64,000 nt of DNA from Eledone cirrhosa (GCA_964016885.1 OZ024750.1:54498001-54562000); one strand, 5' to 3'. Numbered from the stretch's first letter, positions 37,731-50,300 are shown. Notes: a model not told the origin generated them from the letters alone. A program made the numbers and translations.

Positions 37731-38254
37731 AATAAAGTTAGTAGTTTTGTTATTAAAAGCATTTTTATTTGCTTCCAAACTTCTGCCCCACCCTGCATGT
37801 GTGTGAGCTGTTTTTACATTTGTGAATTTATCATCATGTATGTGTCTGACAGAAATAATATATATTGTTTTTGAAAAGTACTTTAATTAGCCCCAACTGG
37901 TAAACTAACAAGGCCAGTTGAAGCATTTTAAATAAAATAGATCTTAATTATGTCCACGAAGCCCCTCCCCCCACCACCCTAAAAACTAATGTATTTGTCT
38001 ATCCAACTACCTAAATATAACCTCACAGTACAGCAATCTTATTTATGATACTCTTGGCAGAACGTTGCATGCAACCAAAATAGGGAACTTACTATCTAAT
38101 ATGGTTTATGTTTATATGCTATCCTTATTATTTTTTACACATTAAATGCTTACTACTCCGACCTCACTTTCTTCATAATTAATTTATGCATCTTCATATT
38201 TCTATTCCCTGATTGGCACACCTGACTCGCATATACCAGCCTTGTATATATCAA

Positions 38255-40077
38255 CATCATCTTTGTTTAACGTCCATTCTCTGTGCTAGCATGGGTTAGA
38301 CAGGTTGTCCCATTAGAGGCAAGTTGGGTCAGGTGACCATGACTTACTCATATAGAACTGTTTCTGGCTTGGTTTCTATGGCTGGATGCCCTTCCTAACG
38401 CTAACTACATTTACAGTGTGGGCTGGGTGCTTTTTTGTTGTGACATCTACACTACCACTTTACAGTGTGGGCTGGGTGCTTTTTTATTGTGACATCTACA
38501 CTACCACTTTACAGTGTGGGCTGGGTGCTTTTTTGTTGTGACATCTACACTACCACTTTACAGTGTGGGCTGGGTACTTTTTTGTTGTGACATCTACACT
38601 ACCACTTTACAGTGTGGGCTGGGTGCTTTTTTGTTGTGACATCTACACTACCACTTTACAGTGTGGGCTGGGTGCTTTTTTGTGGTGACATCTACACTAC
38701 CACTTTACAGTGTGGGCTGGGTACTTTTTTGTTGTGACATCTAACACTACCACTTTACAGTGTGGGCTGGGTGCTTTTTTTGTTGTGACATCTACACTAC
38801 CACTTTACAGTGTGGGCTGGGTGCTTTTTTGTTGTGACATCTACACTACCACTTTACAGTGTGGGCTGGGTGCTTTTTTGTTGTGACATCTACACTACCA
38901 CTTTACAGTGTGGGCTGGGTGCTTTTTTGTGGTGACATCTACACTACCACTTTACAGTGTGGGCTGGGTACTTTTTTGTTGTGACATCTAACACTACCAC
39001 TTTACAGTGTGGGCTGGGTGCTTTTTTTGTTGTGACATCTACACTACCACTTTACAGTGTGGGCTGGGTGCTTTTTTGTTGTGATACCAACATAACTTTA
39101 CAGTGTAAGGAGTATGGGCAGAAGTGGAAGGTTGGTGTGGGGGTGTATGGAAGAGGGTATAGTGGATTAAGAGGTGTCTACTGGGTGTATGTTTGAGTCA
39201 GTGTGCATGGGAAGGCATGTCTTCTATATTACTGCATAATGCCAAAGATCTCGATCCTGTGTCATTGTCTTGGAGAGGTGCAATTGCCCAAGGTCAGCTT
39301 TTATCACCTCATCCCAGGTCTTCCTGGGTTTTCCCACTCCAAGGCTTCCATCGACTTTGAGTGTTCTGCACCTTTTTATACTGCTGTCATCCTTCATACA
39401 TATCACATGACCATACCAATACAATTTCCTCTCCTGCATACTGCATCTGATCTCTCTTATGTCTAATTTCTCTCTTAGTTCATTTACGCTTTGGTGTTCA
39501 TGTATATTACTATTACACATCCATCAAAGCATGCAAGCTTCATTTCTTTCAAGCCTTCACAGGTCCTCTGCACACAGTGCCCAGGTCTCACTACCATGTA
39601 ACCTTGCTCTTCATATACATGCATAATACAATCTGCCCTTCATTTTAAGGAAAAAAAACCTTTTGTAGCTAACTGCGGTAGTAGCTCTCTGAGCTTTCTC
39701 CATTCCATTCTTAGTCTGGCTACCATACTTTCAGAACACCCTCCTCCACTTCTGATTTCATCACCTCAGTAATGAAACTGTTGACTATTTCTATAGAACT
39801 GTCTGCACAATTGATGGAGCTAGTATCCTGTGGGCACTTGCTACTTACTGCACTTGAGCATCAGCCACAATAGAACCTGCATTCTTTGATAGCCTGCCTG
39901 TGATCCCACTACCTCTTTTATGTACCCATAGTTTGCATTTGGGACATAGAATGGAATTTCTACTTACTTCTTTCCTACATACCGAGGCCATTTCTAAGAG
40001 GGAACCTGTGCCCTATTCTCCTTTTTACATACTAGAACTTTAGTCTTAGACAAGTTAACTTTAAGGCCTTTTGATCT
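38255..40077 (-). mobile_element. Decayed RTE LINE with expanded 3'UTR
   Basis: ORF 39224-39520 encodes the RTE C-terminus; tail at 38255. Confidence 0.87.
38410..39085. repeat. ~49-50-bp minisatellite derived from the RTE 3'UTR (~14 copies)
   Basis: Unit TTACAGTGTGGGCTGGGTGCTTTTTTGTTGTGACATCTACACTACCACT. Confidence 0.93.
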
Positions 40078-41100
40078 TTGCTCTGCTGGTGATCGAACTT
40101 TCTAGAAAAAAATATCTCATGCTGATGCGCAGTCTGCAACTAGCGGAGTTTAGCGTCACAAGAATTTAGATAACACAAAATTTAAAATATACTTTGTAAT
40201 TTTAACCCTGGTATAATCCATTGAATTACCTCCCTTACCCTAATATTTTGAAATATGTAGATAGTACAATATTTATTTATGTTAATGTATTCTTTTTGCA
40301 TCTAGTTAAATATTATTGATTATTTAATAATTGCTAGAATTTTTTTCCATACACTGATGTGTATGTACATATGCATACATTCATATGTATGAGTATATAA
40401 ATATAAATGCACAAATACAGACACACTTACAAAAATACATTCACACAAACACTCACACACAGCGTAGCTTTTTCACCATCCCTTCCTTCCTTCCTTTTAC
40501 CCACAGATACATTCACTGCTGGCAGTAAACGTAAAAAGAGAGGAGTAATTGTGACAGAAGTCTTTATAACATTTCTGCAACAACTTAAACATTACTATAT
40601 ATATATTCACTGTGTATAATTTCATGTTTTCTGATATAAATCTACAGTAAATATCTTTCAACTTTAACCCTGTACAATTCGATAGATTGTTTTCACGAAC
40701 TATGAATATTGCTTTAATAAAACTGTATAACTTCCAATACAATTGGAAAGTTAATACTCTTTCACAAAATATTTAAGTATTTTAATACATCTGACACCCT
40801 GTTATTTTGACCTTCTATATAATTAGGTAAGTGATGTATATTATTTGTTGTTCTTAAATGATTTGTATTGATATTGTATTAATCATTTTGGATTTTAACT
40901 TAACTCTGATAATTCCTATAGTTTGTGGTAACTAATACCAAATTGTTAAATAAAATAACTTGCTGTTGGTGGTATATTCCTATGAAAAGAAACAATTGTC
41001 AGTTCATAAGCACATTGTGATTATATATTGACTCTGCTTCATACTATCATAGCATTGAGTTAAAATACACCTATTTTACAAGTAAGATCTATATTATATT

Positions 41101-42085
41101 ATCATCATCACCATCATTTTACGTCTGCTTTTCCCTGTTTGCAGGGGTGGGACAGGTCCTATTCAACACAGCATCTCTCCACTTGTCACGGTCCTTCGTC
41201 ATCTCTTCGGTGAGTTTCAGTGATCTGAGGTCAGTCTCACCACCTCCGCCCATGATTTTCGTGGTCTTCCTCTACTGTGTCTTCCTTCCACTGGGATCAC
41301 CTGGCACTTCTTCACCCAGTGGTCATCATCCATGCGCATCACATGGTCATACCAACGCAGTTCAACTTATCCCTCTTACACACAGTTTTACTCTCAACTC
41401 GCCCATGCTTGGTCATTCATGCATATTGACATCGCACATCCATCGGAGCATTTTTCTCCAGCCTTCGCATAACCCCCGTAGGTGTTGCCCATGTCCCACT
41501 ACCATGCAGCATCGCGCATCTCACACAGGCATCATATAACTGGCCTTTTGTTCGTAGGGAGAAACCCTTCTTTGTCAACAGAGGAAGCAGCTCCCTAAAC
41601 TTCTTCCAACCCGTACTTATTCTAGATACTATGGCCTCAGAGAACTCTCCTCCCTTGCTAATCTGATCACCTAGGTATTGGAAGCTATCAACCACCTCTA
41701 TAGATCCTATCTGCATTTCAAAAATGTGCTTATCACTGAACTTTAACTATCAATTTTCTGTTAACATCTACTACATACAAAGTTTTCCTTTCCTGTTAGG
41801 TTGCCTGATATCCCACTACACTCTTGTATACCCAAGATCTGCATTGTGTACATTCTATAGAGTTTATGCCAAATCCTTTTCTACATATTGAGCATAGTCA
41901 TTTCTCTGATGGAATCAGAGTCTTGCCCTCTTTCCTACTTATCAATATTTTAGTCTTAGCTAGGTTGAAGTCCTCTTGATTCCAACTGCTGTTTCCATAG
42001 CTGGAATTTATTCTCTAGCTCCTCTACTGATTCTGCTATAAGTACCAGATCCTCATGGGCAGCCAGTTTTAAATTCCTCTGTTAT
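41101..42085 (-). mobile_element. RTE LINE (family C-like), decayed
   Basis: [22 protein letters not shown]; (CAT)n tail. Confidence 0.87.
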
Positions 42086-42143
42086 CTGATGAGCAAACTA
42101 GACTTATGTTAATATTGTCTAGGGTCCTGAAACCTTTGTAATA
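42083..42143 (+). ncRNA. Probable minimal hammerhead (family 7), stem I clipped by RTE insertion
   Basis: TAT-CTGATGA-..CTAGAC..GTCTAG..-GAAA-CCTTT-GTA-ATA. Confidence 0.55.
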
Positions 42144-42352
42144 GAGTAGTTATATATTGTGTTGTTCACTTTCATACATATATATATAACTATATATCTT
42201 TATATATAACCAAAAGTTTATATGGTTCGTTAATTATTCAACAAATTCAATTTTACAATAGATTAGAAGCACTCGATAGAAATTTATCTGGAGAATCTAT
42301 AATATTATTCAAAATATTAATAAATGAGAAATATTATCATAACCAAAGTCTA

Positions 42353-42407
42353 TATTTTATTATACATATTTCAAAGGTGTTTCAGTACGTTTTCATCAGA
42401 TAAAATA
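42353..42407 (-). ncRNA. Minimal hammerhead (family 3)
   Basis: Minus strand: TATTTTAT-CTGATGA-AAACGT..ACCTTT-GAAA-TATGTA-TA-ATAAAATA. Confidence 0.75.
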
Positions 42408-42613
42408 TATAAGAGATTGGTTATACGACATGCCTCTAAGGTCTTGAATCTTCAATCCCTGTAGTGGTAGTAAGTTATTTCCCCCAGACAGCTTTGGTAG
42501 CTGTTTTGCAATTTATTTCGTTATTTTTAGCAGCGTATGTTTGTGCGTTATTTCATATTCGCACACTATTCAGTCTTCTGATATACTTAGAAGTGGAGGG
42601 ATTACTAATTTAT

Positions 42614-42692
42614 ACACCCACTGAAGAGCAGAAAATTGGTAATTTCCTTCACTAAATAAATTGCGAAACAGCTCCCAAAGCTGTCTGGGTGT
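42614..42692 (+). ncRNA. Canonical type I hammerhead (family 8), GUC cleavage site
   Basis: ACACCCA-CTGAAGA-GCA..TGC-GAA-ACAGCT CCCAA AGCTGT-C-TGGGTGT. Confidence 0.92.
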
Positions 42693-43351
42693 TTCAGGCA
42701 GTTGCCCAATATAGGTTTGTTCTTCTTTTTCTTGATTTATTACTTTACATATTGTTATAGTTAGTATTTTTTTCACCCTAGTGAACTTGGTCCTTTACAA
42801 TTCGAACACATGTATGTTTATATTTGTGTTTATCTCTCTTCTTTGAGCTATTTAATTGTAAGAAACTATTTTGAGTTTCTAACTCAATATCTGATATATA
42901 TATATAACGTCTAACCCATGCTAGCATGGGAAATCGGTCATAAAACGATAATGATGATGATGATAAATATATATATATATGTATATATATAAAATAAAAT
43001 AAATAAGTCAAATGTTTAAAATTTGACTTATTTATTTTATTTTACATTACTCCGGAGTAACCAAACCAACCTGCGCAACTCGTCGAGTGCTCCAATCTGC
43101 ATACTGAGGTGTTGGTACACAACCAACATATACTCAAAATTTATATATATATATATTTATTTAGGTTTGTTGGTTCACCACTGGATAGAACTGGTCATTC
43201 TGTATGGTCAACCTCGATGTAATATTATGGAGAGCACTCGACGTAATGCAACTCACCCGTCTTCGTTTGTGTTGTTGGTGGTGCGAGTACGGAGTTAATT
43301 ATTATGAAATAACAGGAGGCTGGACTGGTGTAATTCCTTGAAAGGTTTATT

Positions 43352-43409
43352 ATACTATGATCATTTCAATGACCGGGTTCAGTATGAATCCGGTGACATC
43401 ATCAAGTAT
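43352..43409 (-). ncRNA. Hammerhead-like motif (family 9) with UUGAUGA core
   Basis: Minus strand: ATAC-TTGATGA-..ACCGG ATTCA TAC TGAAC CCGGT..-GAAA-TGATCA-TA-GTAT. Confidence 0.55.
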
Positions 43410-43491
43410 TCGAAATATAATAAAGGAATATAATAGACAAAATCCATGGGGCTGAAAAGCAAAGACCTGAGATATATAAATATATATATAT

Positions 43492-44056
43492 ATCATCATC
43501 ATCATCATCATTTTACATCCGCTTTTCCTTGCTTACAAGGGTTGGACGGGTCCTATTCAGCACAGCATCTCTCCACCATCACGGTCCTTCGTCATCTCCT
43601 CCGTGAGTTCCACCTCCGCCCATGTTTTTCGTGGTCTACCTCTACTGTGTCTTCCCTCCACTGGGACTTCCTGGCACTTCTTCACCCATTAGTCACCTCC
43701 ATGCGCATCACTTGTCCATACCATTTCAGCCTTTTCTCCTGCACACCACAACTTTCCCTCTTATACCCAGTTTCTTTCTCAACTAGTCTATGCTTGGTTG
43801 TTCACGCACATTGCACATCCATCGGAGCATGCTTGCTTCATTTCTCTTCAGCCGTCGCATATCTTCTGAAGTCGCTACCCATGATTCACTACCATGCAGC
43901 ATCGCGCATCTCACACAGGCATCATATAACCGTCCTTTCGTACACAGTGAGAAACCCTTCTTTGTCAACAGGGAACAGCTCCTTAAACTTCTTCCAACCC
44001 ATCCTTATTCTAGATACTATAGCCTCGGAACACCCCCCTCCCATGTTAATCTGATC
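43492..44056 (-). mobile_element. RTE LINE (family C-like) 3' fragment
   Basis: [18 protein letters not shown]; (CAT)n tail. Confidence 0.85.
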
Positions 44057-44097
44057 ATATATATGTATATATATATATATGTATATATAAATATATA

Positions 44098-44474
44098 AAT
44101 ATATACAATATATTAACAAATAGAAACTATATTTATAAAACCATATTTATTTCATTATACATATTTCAAGGGCCGCCAGAGCAAACTATGGTACGCTTTC
44201 ATCAGATAAAATATAATATTGGTTAGTTTTATAAATAAATATTGACATACCCTTAAAAAATGCAACCATTTTGGTTGGAATCTCCTGGAGATTCCAACCA
44301 GAATGGTTGCATTTTTTAAGGGTATGTCAATATTTATTTATAAAACTAACCTATATTATATTTTATCTGATGAAAGCGCACCATAGTTTGCTCTGGCGGC
44401 CCTTGAAATATGTATAATGAAATAAATATGGTTTTATAAATATAGTTTCCATTTGTTAATATATTGTATATTTA
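44098..44474. repeat. ~377-bp near-perfect palindrome carrying two family-3 hammerheads (44149-44212 minus, 44360-44423 plus)
   Basis: Centre GGAATCTCC-T-GGAGATTCC at 44286; the plus-strand motif is ATTTTAT-CTGATGA-AAGCGC..GCCCTT-GAAA-TATGTA-TA-ATGAAAT. Confidence 0.92.
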
Positions 44475-44529
44475 CTCCAATAATTTGTTGAGTGCTTTAT
44501 ATCAGTTATAAAAATATTTTGCTTGTTGT

Positions 44530-46325
44530 CATCATCATCATCATCATCACCGTTTTACGTCCGTTCTTCCACGCTAGCATGGGTTAGACGGGTTGTCCTG
44601 TTGTGTGCAGTGTCTGGTCGGCTGACCATGCCTTGCTCATACAGGAACTGATCTGGCTTGATTTCTACAGCTGGATGCCCTTCCTAACACCAACCTCATT
44701 TACAGTGAGTGCTGGGTGCTTTTTCGTGGCGCCTACACGTCCACTTTACAGTGTGGGCTGGGTGCTTTTTTGCCGTGGCACCTCCACGACCACCTTGCGG
44801 TGGGGGCATATTGTTTATATGCTTCAGCATGTACCCATGGGAGGTCGGGTACTCTGTATTACTGTGTGACGCCAGAAGTCACGGTCGTGTGTCATTGTCT
44901 TTGAGAGGTGTAATTGGGTAAGGTCAGCTTTTATCACCTCATCCCAGGTCATCTTGGGTCTCCCCACTCCGCGGTTTCCATCAACTTCTAGTGCTCTGCA
45001 CCTTTTTATGCAGCTGTCATCCTTCATACGCATCACATGTCCATACCAGCGCAACCGCCTCTCCTGCACACAGCATTTGATTCCTCTTATGCTCAGTCTC
45101 TCTCTCAATTCATTTATGCTTTGTCGTTCACGTATATTACTGTTACACATCCATCGGAGCATGCAGGCTTCGTTTCTCTCTAATCTACGTAAGTCTTCCA
45201 CCTTCAGCGCCCAGGTCTCTACCATGCAACATCGCTGTTCGGATACACGCATCATACAGTCTGCCTTTCATTCTGAGGGAGAAGCCTTTTGCAGCTAGCA
45301 GTGGTAGTAGTTCCCTAAACTTCTCCCATCCCGTTCTTACCCTAGTTATTGTACTTTCTGAACACCCACCTCCGTTGCTAATTCGGTCACCTAGGTAGCA
45401 GAAGCTGTCTACTGTTTCTACAGGGCCCTCCCAGAGATTGGTGGTACTTGTTTCCTGTGGCTGTTTGCTGCTTGCTGTTTCAGCACAGCTGCTGCATGTG
45501 AATCCTACATTCTTAATTAAGCTTCCTGAGATCCCGCTACATCTCTTGTGTACCCATTGTTTGCATTTGGGGCAGAGAATGGAGTTCCTACCTATACCTT
45601 TCCTACATACTGAGCAAGGCCATTTCCCTGAGGGGATCTGGGTTCTGTTTTCTCGTCTACTTACAAGGACCTTAGTCTTTGTCATGTTGACTTTGAGACC
45701 CTTTCTCTCTAGTCCCTGCTTCCAGGTTTGGAATTTATTCTCTAGTTCTATCATAGATTCAGCTATGAGTGCGAGGTCATCAGCATACAGGAGTTCCCAT
45801 GGGCATCCGGTCTTAAATTCCTCCGTTATTGCCTGCAGGACTATGATGAACAGGAGAGGGCTAAGAATAGAGCCCTGGTGGACCCCAACCTGTAAGCTAA
45901 ATTCCTCGCTATACTCATTGCTAATCCTAACTTTGCTGACTGCTCCCCTATACATGGCTTGTACCGCTTTCACAAGCCATTCATCTACTCCTAGTTTTCT
46001 AAGAGCCCACCAGATTACAGCACGTGGAACTCTGTCAAAGGCTTTCTCAAGGTCGACAAATGCCAAGTAGAGTGGCTTACTTTTAGCTAAGTACTTTTCC
46101 TGTAATTGCCTCACAAGGAAGAGGGCATCAGTGGTGCCTCTTCCTGGTACAAACCCAAATTGCATCTCGTCTATATTCACCCGGTCCCTAATCAGCTGTG
46201 CTATAACTCTTTCTGTTACTTTCATGACCTGGTCCATCAATTTTATAAATCTATAGTTTCCTCTATCTAGTGCATTGCCTTTGCCTTTGTAGCAGTTGAC
46301 AATGATGCTACTGCACCAATCTTTT
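44530..46325 (-). mobile_element. RTE LINE (family B), 5'-truncated, one frameshift
   Basis: ORF 45185-46240 has the RT core: QFGF, FVDLEKAFDRV, GVHQGSILSP and YADD. Confidence 0.93.
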
Positions 46326-46517
46326 GTATCCCAACAAATTAAATATAACCTCTACATATATATAAATATATATATATATTTAAAGGTTAAACAAGGTGCA
46401 ATGAATAAATCAAAGAAAGTTTTACAATAGATTAGAAGCACTCCACAGAATGGTTTTCCGGAGTTATTAATATTAATTCAAAATATTAACAAAAATAGAC
46501 ATTCGTGTGATCAAGTA

Positions 46518-46584
46518 TATTTTATTATACATATTTCAGAGGTACTGAGCTATCTTCAACAGTACGTCCTCATCAGATAAAATA
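46518..46584 (-). ncRNA. Minimal hammerhead (family 3)
   Basis: Minus strand: TATTTTAT-CTGATGA-GGACGTACTG..CAGTACCTCT-GAAA-TATGTA-TA-ATAAAATA. Confidence 0.85.
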
Positions 46585-46716
46585 AGATGATGCATGACAT
46601 ACCCTGACTAAGTAGATGGTTAAAATTCAGTCATGGCAGTGAATAAGATATGACAAAACTCAATATTTATATACCTTATATTTATACCTTATATTTATAT
46701 ACCTTATTCTAGAACT

Positions 46717-47373
46717 ATGAATATGGCCCAGAACATTGCAAAAATAAATAGTGGAATTCTAAATCATAACCAACAAACAATTAGGGATAATGAATATAAC
46801 AACACTAGCAATATTAATACTAGGAATAACAATAACATTAATCTAAGCACTATCAATAGAACACTTCAAAGTACTAGCAATGGTAATGTCAATTGTTCAA
46901 TTTATAGTAATAACAATAAATCGAAATGTAATTGTAGAAATAGATCAAATTGCCCTCTGCAAAATAATTGTCTAGATAGCAATCTGGTATATAAATACAC
47001 CGTAAAAGCAAATAACATCACATACAACTATATTGGTGCAACTTCATCGACATTTAAATTAAGATTTTCGAATCACAAATATTCTTTTACGAATCCTAAT
47101 AGGAAATCTTCGACCCCTTTATCACAACTTATATGGTCATTAAACGACAAAAATTTTAAATACTCGATTTCTTGGTCAAAGCTGTGTAATGGTCAAATCT
47201 ACTTGAATTCTTCAATATCACCTAACTGCAATCTTTGTACTATGGAGACCCTATTAATAATTAATAATTATGATAATTTAATTAACAAAAAAAGTGAATT
47301 ATTCTCAAATTGCCTGCATAAAGCTTCTTCTACATTCCAAGCCTCACAAAAGTCAGGAATAAATAAGTTTTAA
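46717..47373 (+). pseudogene. PLE linker plus GIY-YIG endonuclease (5'-truncated ORF)
   Basis: CNCRNRSNCPLQNNC, LVYKY..YIGAT..FKLRFSNH, CNLCTME and LINKKSE..CLH. Confidence 0.88.
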
Positions 47374-47791
47374 TTTTTGACGTTTCTTATCAACTGAGTG
47401 CGTAAAACGATACTATAACAGATTATAAAACCTTCTAATAATTTTTATTTATTTACGATATCATTAATGTTGGATTAAGGGTTCTATATAAACATATAGA
47501 CTGTTAACATGATCTTTTGATGAGTATGCATATCATTTGATTGTTTAAATACATTTAATTTTTTCGGGGTTTATTGTATTTTTAAATATATAGCTTATAT
47601 GTTTGACAATTATAAGGAATTGTAAACCATTCATTTATTGATTTTGAATATGTTGTTTTTAAGATTCAAGATGTTTGATTTATATATTTATGGTATATGT
47701 GTCGTACATGATCCTAGTTGACAAACTTTTTCCACTTAACTTGATGTAAAACTTAAATTATAACACTATTAACAGTAATTGTATTTATTAT

Positions 47792-48372
47792 TTAAACGGA
47801 AAAAATGAAACGAAATTTCATTTCCCACTCTTAGTACGGCTGTTACTTAAATATAAGTATGTACACGTACATGCATATATGTATACAGACGTACAGTAGT
47901 ATGTATATATATATACATACATGCACGCATATATATATGTACGTATGGATTCACCGAACATTTATTATAATGCTCGGTGTGTTTGTAAACAAACATCTCG
48001 TATTAAGCCGTAGTGTCCAGCAACCATCGTTGCTCGTCTGTTCAACACTGACAAAGGAACGTTGTACTAGTTTCAAGCTTATTAGCTATCGTCAGCAACG
48101 TATACCTTCCTGCCAGATTGTTGAACGTATATACTTACCTTATGCATATTAACGGCTGAGTAGCCCAATTTGCATATCGAGTGGGTTAATCGGCCGAGTG
48201 CACCGAAAACGATAAACGGAAAAAATGAAACAAAATTTCATTTATCACTCTTAGTACGGCTGTTACTTAAATATAAGTATGTACACTGACGTACAGTAGT
48301 ATGTATATATATATACATACATGCACGCATATATATATGTACGTATGGATTCACCGAACATTTATTATAATG
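47792..48372 (-). mobile_element. Retrozyme-like element copy 3 (420-bp monomer) with probable 10-bp TSD
   Basis: AAACGGAAAAAATGAAAC recurs at 47794 and 48214; flanked by TATTTATTAT at 47782-47791 and 48376-48385. Confidence 0.78.
48059..48101 (-). ncRNA. Minimal type I hammerhead (family 4)
   Basis: Minus strand: ACGTTG-CTGACGA-TAGCT AATA AGCTT-GAA-ACTAGT-A-CAACGT. Confidence 0.9.
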
Positions 48373-49958
48373 TTATATTTATTATATGTATATAATTCAC
48401 TAATATCGTCTTAAGCTTTAAACAGTATACTCTGTATGTATTTAGACAAATGCGTATATCTAGTTTATTAACATCCTTTTAGGTACATTTATAAGTGCCT
48501 TGGATACTTAAGGACATTCTAGTGTTATAATTGTTTAATTTATATAATGATTATTTTTTAATTTAACTTTTTTTTAATATAATTAAATTTGGATTACCTT
48601 TGGGTTGATGAAAATCTTAAGTCTTTTCTTTCTCATGTTTGCAGACACTTTAAATATGATATTATACTATAATATAGATCCTTAAAAATTTTCTTGTATT
48701 TTAAAATTATATACCTTATATATTTGAAGGATCGCAAACCATTCATTTATTTATTTTGAATGTGTTTTATGTTTTATGATTCATGAAGTTTGATTTCTAT
48801 ATTTATGGTATATATGTATTACATGATCCTAGTTGAATAATTTTTTTTTTTTTTTTTAATATAATAATTGACGTAAAACCTTATTTTTAACACTATTAAC
48901 AGTAATTTATTTATTATATTATATATAACTGACTAATAACGTCTTAAACTTTAAACAATGTACTCTTTGTATAAATTTAGACAAATGCGTATATCTAGTT
49001 TAATAATATCCTTTTTAAGTATAATTATAAGGCCTTTGGATACTTAAGGGTATTCTAATTTTTAATTTTATAATTGTAATTACTTTCTAAATTATATAAT
49101 GATTATTTTTTAATATAAAATCTCTTTAATATAAAGTTTTTTTTAATATAATTTAATTTGGATTACCTTCGGGATGAAGAAAATATTAAGTCTCTTCTTT
49201 CTCATGTTTGCAAATACTTTAAATATGATATTATACTATAATATAAATACTTATAAATTTTATAGCCCAAAATATAATACCTTTAGATTAATTCACTATT
49301 TTGAACTAACATAAAGATTCAAAATTTAACGGTCATCTGGATACGTTGGGATATATATAATTGATTAATTGACTATTTCTAATTAACTTAAGGACTCGAA
49401 AATAAACCCTCATATAACTACACCCAGATATATTTGATATTTTGATTGATTGATTATTTCTAGATAATTTAACGATTCGAAATTATTCATTCACAAAGGT
49501 ATGCCCAAATATATATTTATTTATATATATATTTTTGCATCAGGGATGAAGCTGGTGTATTCACAGAGACATGTTTTTGTGTTCAATGCTGCTCCATTTG
49601 GTGTAGTAATCAACTACATGTTATTACTACTAGCTCTGTTGTTTGTGATTTTCACTATTTAGTTATCTATTGAATGAAATTGGTCCTTCTTCAGTTAGGT
49701 GCTCATATATCCTTCAAGGACATATCTATAAAGTCACCAGAAATTAATTGTATTTTCATATTTTAAAGGAAGAATTTTTTATAGAATTACCATGATTATA
49801 TTTTCATAATTCATCATATTTCCATTTAATTTTTAAATTAAAAAATTCATCATTTTATTTTTCTGCGCATATTAAAATAAAATATGCTAATTGCTGTGTA
49901 AATATTATATTATAACATGGAATATTTACCATTTCCCAATTATTTACATACATCATGT

Positions 49959-50300
49959 GGAGGCACATGGCTTAATGGTTAGAGTATTGGCCTTGCAATC
50001 GAAAGGTTGTGAGTTCAATTCTCAGACCGGGTGATGTGTTGTTTCCTTGAGCAAGACACTTTATTTCACATTGCTCCAGTTTACTCAGCTGTAGAAATGA
50101 GATGATAGGGACTGGGGTCCCTATCATTCCACTGCAAAGTGGTCGTGAAGGTGCCACAGCAAAAAAGCACCCAGCACTCACTGTAAATGAGGTTGGTGTT
50201 AGGAAGGGCATCCAGCTGTAGAAATCAAACCAGAATCAGTTCCCGTCCCACCCTTGCAAGCAGGGAAACGCGGACGTAAAATGATGATGATGATGATGAT
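49959..50300 (+). mobile_element. Full-length tRNA-headed SINE with RTE-derived body and tail
   Basis: A box TGGCTTAATGG, B box GAGTTCAATTC, AGGAAGGGCATCC body motif, RTE family C tail and (ATG)n. Confidence 0.9.

Larger units (their letters stand above)
33727..37795 (+). mobile_element. Tc1/mariner DD37D (maT) transposon relic with nested insertions
   Basis: TIRs CAGGGTGGGGCATAAGATTGGAAGC / GCTTCCAAACTTCTGCCCCACCCTG. Transposase remnant reads WSDEKIF..VWGGVS..FEQD-x37-DFSVW, with stops. Confidence 0.85.

Noticed and set aside
49959-50030. tRNA gene
   Set aside because: A/B boxes are present but continue into a SINE body; these are SINE heads, as at 5290-5360, 16590-16661 and 17853.
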